A stretch of DNA of 39,096 nt, from the NCBI GenBank assembly GCA_964001155.1, contig CAXFCD010000180.1:1-39096 (forward strand), written 5' to 3'. The stretch is from an uncultured bacterium (GTDB lineage: Bacteria; Fidelibacterota; Marinisomatia; Marinisomatales; UBA1611). Made by a program: the position numbers and the translations under genes. The notes beneath the pieces are model-generated. The model was not told the DNA's origin and ran no database searches. It saw only the letters and a program-made list of their open reading frames with translations. Positions 34,723-39,096 of the stretch are shown here, in pieces. The stretch's first letter is position 1. Each line of letters begins with the position of its first letter.

Positions 34723-37700
34723 TTATTTCACTAATAGCATTTTTTGGGTAATGGCACTACTCCCCGATATCAATTTATAAAAATATACTCCGGATGCCAT
34801 GTTCCCAGCATTCCATTTTGCAGTATGAAGACCTGCTTGTAATTCACGATCTATTAATGTCACAACTTCCTGTCCCACAATATTATACAGTTTAAGGGTA
34901 ACCTGCTGTGTTTCAGGAATTGAAAACTTAATCGTAGTCGCCGGATTGAATGGATTCGGATAATTCGGATATAGTGCAAACTCATATGCCACCATACCAT
35001 CTTCATGATCGATCGAAACCATCGATTGATCACCAATCCACGTTGTGGACCATACGCTGGGAGTTTGCCATGCGTTATCAGCATTTGTTGGAGAAGCAAC
35101 AAGATTTCCTTCCCAGCCATTCCCATCATTATCATGGAATGTAGGCTCTATGGGTATTCTCATACCGTTTAAAGCATTGAGTCTGATATCATCTCCAAAA
35201 GCAATATCATCTAAAGATAATCTTGCTTCTAATATGTAGTCAGGATCTAAACCTTCATGGAAATAATTACCATCTCCATTGACTGCTAATGTATCTTGGC
35301 TATTAAAATCATTTACTGCATGTGTTTCCAAGAAATAGAATTTATAATCAGGTTCGTCTCCACGTTCCATACCACCATGTTTTGCACCACGTTGATCATA
35401 AAAACCAATAAATAACTCAAATACATCATTCTCCCACCAACCATTGGTTCCATCTCCAGCTTGATATCCATCATAGACATCGTCAATTACATCTGCAGCA
35501 ATGTATAAATAGTCTTCATCAACTGCGAGCCAAATTTCACCTGATAGGTCATCATCACTATCTACATCTCCTACAATGCTTGGTGTACCCCAGGAATTAT
35601 CTTCGGTACCAAGAAAGAAAGGCTCAATGTCACTATCATACCATTCATCTAAATCTCCATCTGCAGCAAAATCAGCCGGCACTGAGAGTGATATTGTTGG
35701 AATTCCTTTGGCCATGTTACTAATTGAACCTTCGGATGAACCTGGTTCACCCACATTGTTTGACGCATCTTCACAAATAACTGCATAATGGTAAGAAACA
35801 TTTACATCTTCAAGTGGATTAAACAAATAATGTACTGCGGCCTGACTGCCTTCAAGTACACCGGTTGCTACCACATCTGCAGCCGCCAATGATAACGAAT
35901 CCGTTATCGGTTCCATGCTTGCGTAGACATTATAGGATTCACCACTTTCACCATCCACATCTGACCATGTGACTAGATTATAGTATGATGCAGGGGTAGC
36001 AGAAACATTTTCTACTGCTGCAGGAGGGACAACATCAAGAACTCCAACATTCATGAGAAACATGTCATCAAAGGCAAAATCACAGGGCACACCATCCCAG
36101 CGGGATGCTACAATTACTGCAGTCATTTGTACAGTGCCTTGAGGCATGACAAATTCAACAGTGTGATTTTCCCATTCATCTGTCATTGTTAAAGCAACAT
36201 CACCAGTCGATTCTAAAACATTGCCTGCGGCATCTTTTGCTTCAAGCTTAAAAAAGGCTCCAGCTTCTTCGCCATTTACACTTTTTCCAAATCCACTAAA
36301 ACTCCAAGTCTCACCATACGCAGCAGGGATACTGTCTTCAGTGTAATATACTGCCCAGTTATCTGTAACACCGATACTGAGATAATTATCGCCTGAGTAC
36401 GCCATAGATGCATCTGTAATCACTTCTGCATGTCCGCCGCCCATTGCAACGCCCCATCCAAAATCATCATCATTTTCATCTGCCAATTCAAAGCCTGGGT
36501 TGGTCAACACATTCTTTGAACCTGTCAATTTGAAATCATCTAGAACAATTGTGCCATTAGCATAGTCACCATCTCCACCACCACTGATTGAAAATTCTAA
36601 GTGAAAACCTGCAATAGCATCTTTATCCAATTCACCATTACCAGCTTCTCCCGCCCAACCAGTTAGATTAAATCCACCACCGTCCCAAGAATCATTTCTT
36701 TCAAGAGGCATTGTAATGGTATTCCAACCTGGTTCATTGTCTAAAATATAATGGAATGAATAGTAATATTCTCCAAGTCCAGTATAGTTATCGGGATCAG
36801 ATACATCACCAAAGTCACTAAGATTTAACCTTAAATGGACTCTATCTTGCAAGGATTGTGAAACTGAATTGTAGTAAGAAAATGAAATACTGTCATATCC
36901 TGACCAGTCCCATAGTTCACCATGGTTTCTGTTTTCAATGATTGACATCCAGTCCTCACTCCAATCGTCTCTTATAACCGCTGAACGATATTCTGTTACA
37001 GTCACGTCCGTTAATGTAACTGGAGCATCTGGAGTTGTTACGTACAGCAGGAATGAGCTAAAGGTATTTTCACCCTGTGCTGGAATCTCTACTGAGTAAG
37101 ATGATGTTTCTCCAGTATTTTCTTCATTAACGGTTACGGACTCTGTGTTAAAACTTGGCTCAGTGTCTGGGTATGGGTTATACTCAAACCTGAAATACAA
37201 TTCCACATCTGTCGTATAATTTGCACCTGTAAAAGTGATTAAACCACCGTTCGGGAAGGTAAATGGATAAAGACTCGTATCTTCGTTGGCAAAGCCTCCC
37301 CATGATTCAGCCCCTGTTGGAAATGTATAAGTATTCCCATCAACTATTGTACCACCAAATGCACCCGAGAATACGATTCCTGTATCCGTATCATCTCCAC
37401 CATAATCACTTACAAGTTTAAAAGTCCAGAATACGCCTGCACCTGATTCGATAACAAGCGTCATGGTTTGATTGTCATTTGATAATGTTACTTCATATGT
37501 AATTGATTCTGGAACGGCCACATCGGGTAATTGCCCTTCATTATTTGCTTTAGGAAGACCTAAATAAGCACCAACTCCACTAAGTGTCACCTGACCTGTG
37601 CCTGCATTAAACTCCCATGTAGCTGGATTTGAACCATCATGCGGCGCTACAGGTGCCCCACACTGATCTGCTTCTACACCCTGCCAAACTTCAAGCCAAG

Positions 37701-38163
37701 TCTCAGGCCCTTGAACATTCTGGAAGGATCCATCTGCACCAAATACATACTCATCATCAAAGTAGCATGCGCGCGTGGTAACATCTTCTTCTGTGTTGGA
37801 CCACCAGCTGCCATCGTTAGGAGCCGGACCAACCATTAATGCACCTGCTTCCGGAGCCATCATCCAGGTACCTTCAAGAGGAGAACTAGGTTCACCAGCC
37901 ATCATATGAAAAATTTTAGCATAACCACCCCATGCTTCTATATTGTGCGCACTGTAATCAAGCTGCATTGCCCCCGATCCTTCATACAATGGATCAACAA
38001 CATAACTCACATTAACATAACTAAGTGTAGTGTCGGCATTTTCAGAAATCTCATAGCCCCAATAGTCTGCAGCAGGCTCGGAATCAAAATTATCAATCGT
38101 CTGTCCGAAAATGAAAAAGGGAACGGCTAAAAAGACTAAAAATGATATCTTATTATTCATCAT
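34723..38163 (-). CDS. 1146-aa acidic multi-domain surface protein: several putative carbohydrate-binding modules (CBM4/9-like, CBM9-like), Fn3 and a T9SS CTD; no recognisable catalytic domain
   Basis: ATG at 38161-38163 is preceded by AAGGAGA 7 nt upstream. Signal peptide MMNNKISFLVFLAVPFFIFGQ. The CBM4_9-like module is NPGFELADENDDDFGWGV...FAFDDMFL. The Fn3-like module is VENVSATPASYYNLVTWSDV...YNVYAS. The CBM9-like module is DGDLDEWYDS...IWLAVDEDYLYIAADVIDD...NDVFELFIGFYD. The CTD is YPNPFNPATTIKF...SGVYFYKL...QKMLLVK. Confidence 0.8.
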   Translation of the reverse strand: MMNNKISFLVFLAVPFFIFGQTIDNFDSEPAADYWGYEISENADTTLSYVNVSYVVDPLYEGSGAMQLDYSAHNIEAWGGYAKIFHMMAGEPSSPLEGTWMMAPEAGALMVGPAPNDGSWWSNTEEDVTTRACYFDDEYVFGADGSFQNVQGPETWLEVWQGVEADQCGAPVAPHDGSNPATWEFNAGTGQVTLSGVGAYLGLPKANNEGQLPDVAVPESITYEVTLSNDNQTMTLVIESGAGVFWTFKLVSDYGGDDTDTGIVFSGAFGGTIVDGNTYTFPTGAESWGGFANEDTSLYPFTFPNGGLITFTGANYTTDVELYFRFEYNPYPDTEPSFNTESVTVNEENTGETSSYSVEIPAQGENTFSSFLLYVTTPDAPVTLTDVTVTEYRSAVIRDDWSEDWMSIIENRNHGELWDWSGYDSISFSYYNSVSQSLQDRVHLRLNLSDFGDVSDPDNYTGLGEYYYSFHYILDNEPGWNTITMPLERNDSWDGGGFNLTGWAGEAGNGELDKDAIAGFHLEFSISGGGDGDYANGTIVLDDFKLTGSKNVLTNPGFELADENDDDFGWGVAMGGGHAEVITDASMAYSGDNYLSIGVTDNWAVYYTEDSIPAAYGETWSFSGFGKSVNGEEAGAFFKLEAKDAAGNVLESTGDVALTMTDEWENHTVEFVMPQGTVQMTAVIVASRWDGVPCDFAFDDMFLMNVGVLDVVPPAAVENVSATPASYYNLVTWSDVDGESGESYNVYASMEPITDSLSLAAADVVATGVLEGSQAAVHYLFNPLEDVNVSYHYAVICEDASNNVGEPGSSEGSISNMAKGIPTISLSVPADFAADGDLDEWYDSDIEPFFLGTEDNSWGTPSIVGDVDSDDDLSGEIWLAVDEDYLYIAADVIDDVYDGYQAGDGTNGWWENDVFELFIGFYDQRGAKHGGMERGDEPDYKFYFLETHAVNDFNSQDTLAVNGDGNYFHEGLDPDYILEARLSLDDIAFGDDIRLNALNGMRIPIEPTFHDNDGNGWEGNLVASPTNADNAWQTPSVWSTTWIGDQSMVSIDHEDGMVAYEFALYPNYPNPFNPATTIKFSIPETQQVTLKLYNIVGQEVVTLIDRELQAGLHTAKWNAGNMASGVYFYKLISGSSAITQKMLLVK

Positions 38164-38505
38164 GATATCTCCTTGTTGTTTATTTTTCTGTTTTCACAGT
38201 TTTTTTCATCAAAAGCTACAATGCCTATCGTGAATAATTTTGAACCTAGATCATTTTGAATTACAGCTAATAGTGAAATTCCATATATAGGTTTTGACAC
38301 ATTTGGTGGCAATGACGCTAAAATATCTTAAAACAATATAAAACATAATGAAAATAAATGCAATAATTTTTCTTTTATTTTCATTAACATGCAAATTATA
38401 TGTAATTTATTTGCAAATATTGTGAATAATTTTTACTTTCCTGTGATTTTTTAGTTCTATTTATTCGTAATATGGGAACAATTTTAGTAGGATTTATTTG
38501 GTCAT
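38164..38505. promoter_or_regulatory. Divergent AT-rich control region between the 1146-aa glycan-binding gene and the LacI-family regulator; contains repeat elements
   Basis: 342 bp with no long ORF. There is an 11-bp perfect inverted repeat, ATGAAAATAAA (38348-38358) / TTTATTTTCAT (38374-38384). A 12-bp exact direct repeat GTGAATAATTTT occurs at 38230-38241 and 38422-38433. TGCAAAT is repeated at 38390 and 38412. I cannot place the promoters with confidence. Confidence 0.4.
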
Positions 38506-39096
38506 ATGAGAGTCACATTAAAACATATATCAGACGATACGGGCCTATCAATTGCCACAGTTTCTCGCGCATTAAGTCGCAAGGAAAGAACCCATAGTCC
38601 CAATGAAAAACAGATTTTAGAATCAGCAATGAAACTTGGGTACCCCATTTTCAATAATTCTATTGTCCAATACAAGACACCTATTGCCCTAGTTATAAAG
38701 CTTTTTGAGGGTGAGTTCTACGCATATTTATTAAATGGTTTTTACCAAGCTGCTCATGATTCCAATACTAAAATTAATTTACATGTTATAAAAGATGATT
38801 TAAATCCTGTTGATCAAATTATTCAACTTAGTAAAAATCACAGCGGTATCTGTTTGTTCTTGCCTTCGATGACTAATGATGATTATCTCAAAATCAAAGA
38901 AGGAGTAGGGCAGTATCCAATTATATCACTTTTACCATCAAAAAATCCAAAAATTGATACAGTATGTTTTGATTCCTATCGTGGTGGTTATATGATGGCT
39001 AAACATTTTGAAGAAAAAGGTTTTAAAAAGTTCGGTTTTATTTCTGGGCCATCTAAGCGAGCAGATGCGTTATATAGAAAAAATGGATTTTTAGAC
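38506..39096 (+). CDS. LacI-family transcriptional regulator, 3'-truncated by the window edge
   Basis: This gene is not in the ORF track because it has no stop in the window. It is open from the ATG at 38506 to the end (197 codons). The N-terminal HTH is MRVTLKHISDDTGLSIATVSRALSRKE. A periplasmic-binding-fold sugar-sensor body follows (VCFDSYRGGYMMAKHFEEKGFKKFGFISGP...ADALYRKNGF). Confidence 0.85.
   Translation, partial: MRVTLKHISDDTGLSIATVSRALSRKERTHSPNEKQILESAMKLGYPIFNNSIVQYKTPIALVIKLFEGEFYAYLLNGFYQAAHDSNTKINLHVIKDDLNPVDQIIQLSKNHSGICLFLPSMTNDDYLKIKEGVGQYPIISLLPSKNPKIDTVCFDSYRGGYMMAKHFEEKGFKKFGFISGPSKRADALYRKNGFLD

Noticed and set aside
19575-37839. Remaining short track ORFs inside the glycan-locus genes (for example 19575-19856, 20210-20452, 21821-22123, 23140-23508, 25117-25320, 26044-26453, 27768-28019, 28722-28925, 30117-30538, 31203-31397, 33910-34110, 34860-35239, 35576-35788, 37639-38130).
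   Set aside because: All are nested in long ORFs with clear domain content and have no independent support.
38348-38425. A 25-codon ORF (MKINAIIFLLFSLTCKLYVIYLQIL) in the divergent control region, resembling a signal or leader peptide.
   Set aside because: It has no Shine-Dalgarno and is very short. It lies in an AT-rich region where such ORFs arise by chance, and its start coincides with the 11-bp inverted repeat, which is the more likely functional element.
1-39096. Window-wide scan for CRISPR arrays, IS elements or transposases, integrases, toxin-antitoxin pairs, restriction or defence systems and prophage genes.
   Set aside because: I saw no regularly spaced direct repeats. No ORF has transposase, integrase or nuclease motifs. 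Every long ORF is accounted for by metabolic, transport or glycan-utilisation functions or by the VTC cluster.

Overview
The window is 39.1 kb of tightly packed bacterial chromosome with 29 protein-coding genes. By eye I found no rRNA, tRNA, CRISPR array, transposase or phage genes. Seven proteins end in a Por/T9SS-type C-terminal sorting domain (six canonical (F/Y)PNPFN...K-hydrophobic-K tails and one variant). Together with a strong Shine-Dalgarno at one gene, this suggests (inference only) a marine, non-Bacteroidetes member of the FCB group, such as a Marinimicrobia-, Ignavibacteria- or Fibrobacteres-like organism.

Layout:
- 1-3875: the 3' part of a FabH-like ketosynthase gene, then two T9SS cargo genes (an LRR protein and an arylsulfotransferase-like propeller).
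- 3922-7281: an MMPL/RND exporter, a small membrane protein and a LolA-like protein.
- 7364-9859: thiamine pyrophosphokinase, a Na+/solute symporter and a CYTH protein.
- 9868-16208: central carbon genes. These are class I aldolase, PPi-dependent PFK, acetoacetyl-CoA synthetase, and a tandem GAPDH pair whose upstream copy has lost the catalytic cysteine.
- 16535-19193: a markedly AT-rich four-gene cluster (lamin-tail-domain lipoprotein, VTC polyphosphate-polymerase-like domain, DUF4956-like membrane protein, small beta-barrel) of unknown function.
- 19227-39096: a co-directional beta-glucan utilisation locus. It holds a GH5, one canonical GH16 laminarinase and two circularly permuted GH16 lichenase-type enzymes. 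It also holds a SurA-like lipoprotein, a PorV-like barrel, a 1173-aa protein of unknown function, a TonB-dependent transporter and a 1146-aa multi-CBM surface protein. A divergent LacI-family regulator sits at the end, and there is no SusD.

The most interesting candidates for undescribed biology are the TBDT/1173-aa/PorV-like core of that locus, the VTC/DUF4956 cluster, and the Cys-to-Ser GAPDH paralogue. All family assignments come from motif recognition by eye. No database search was run.
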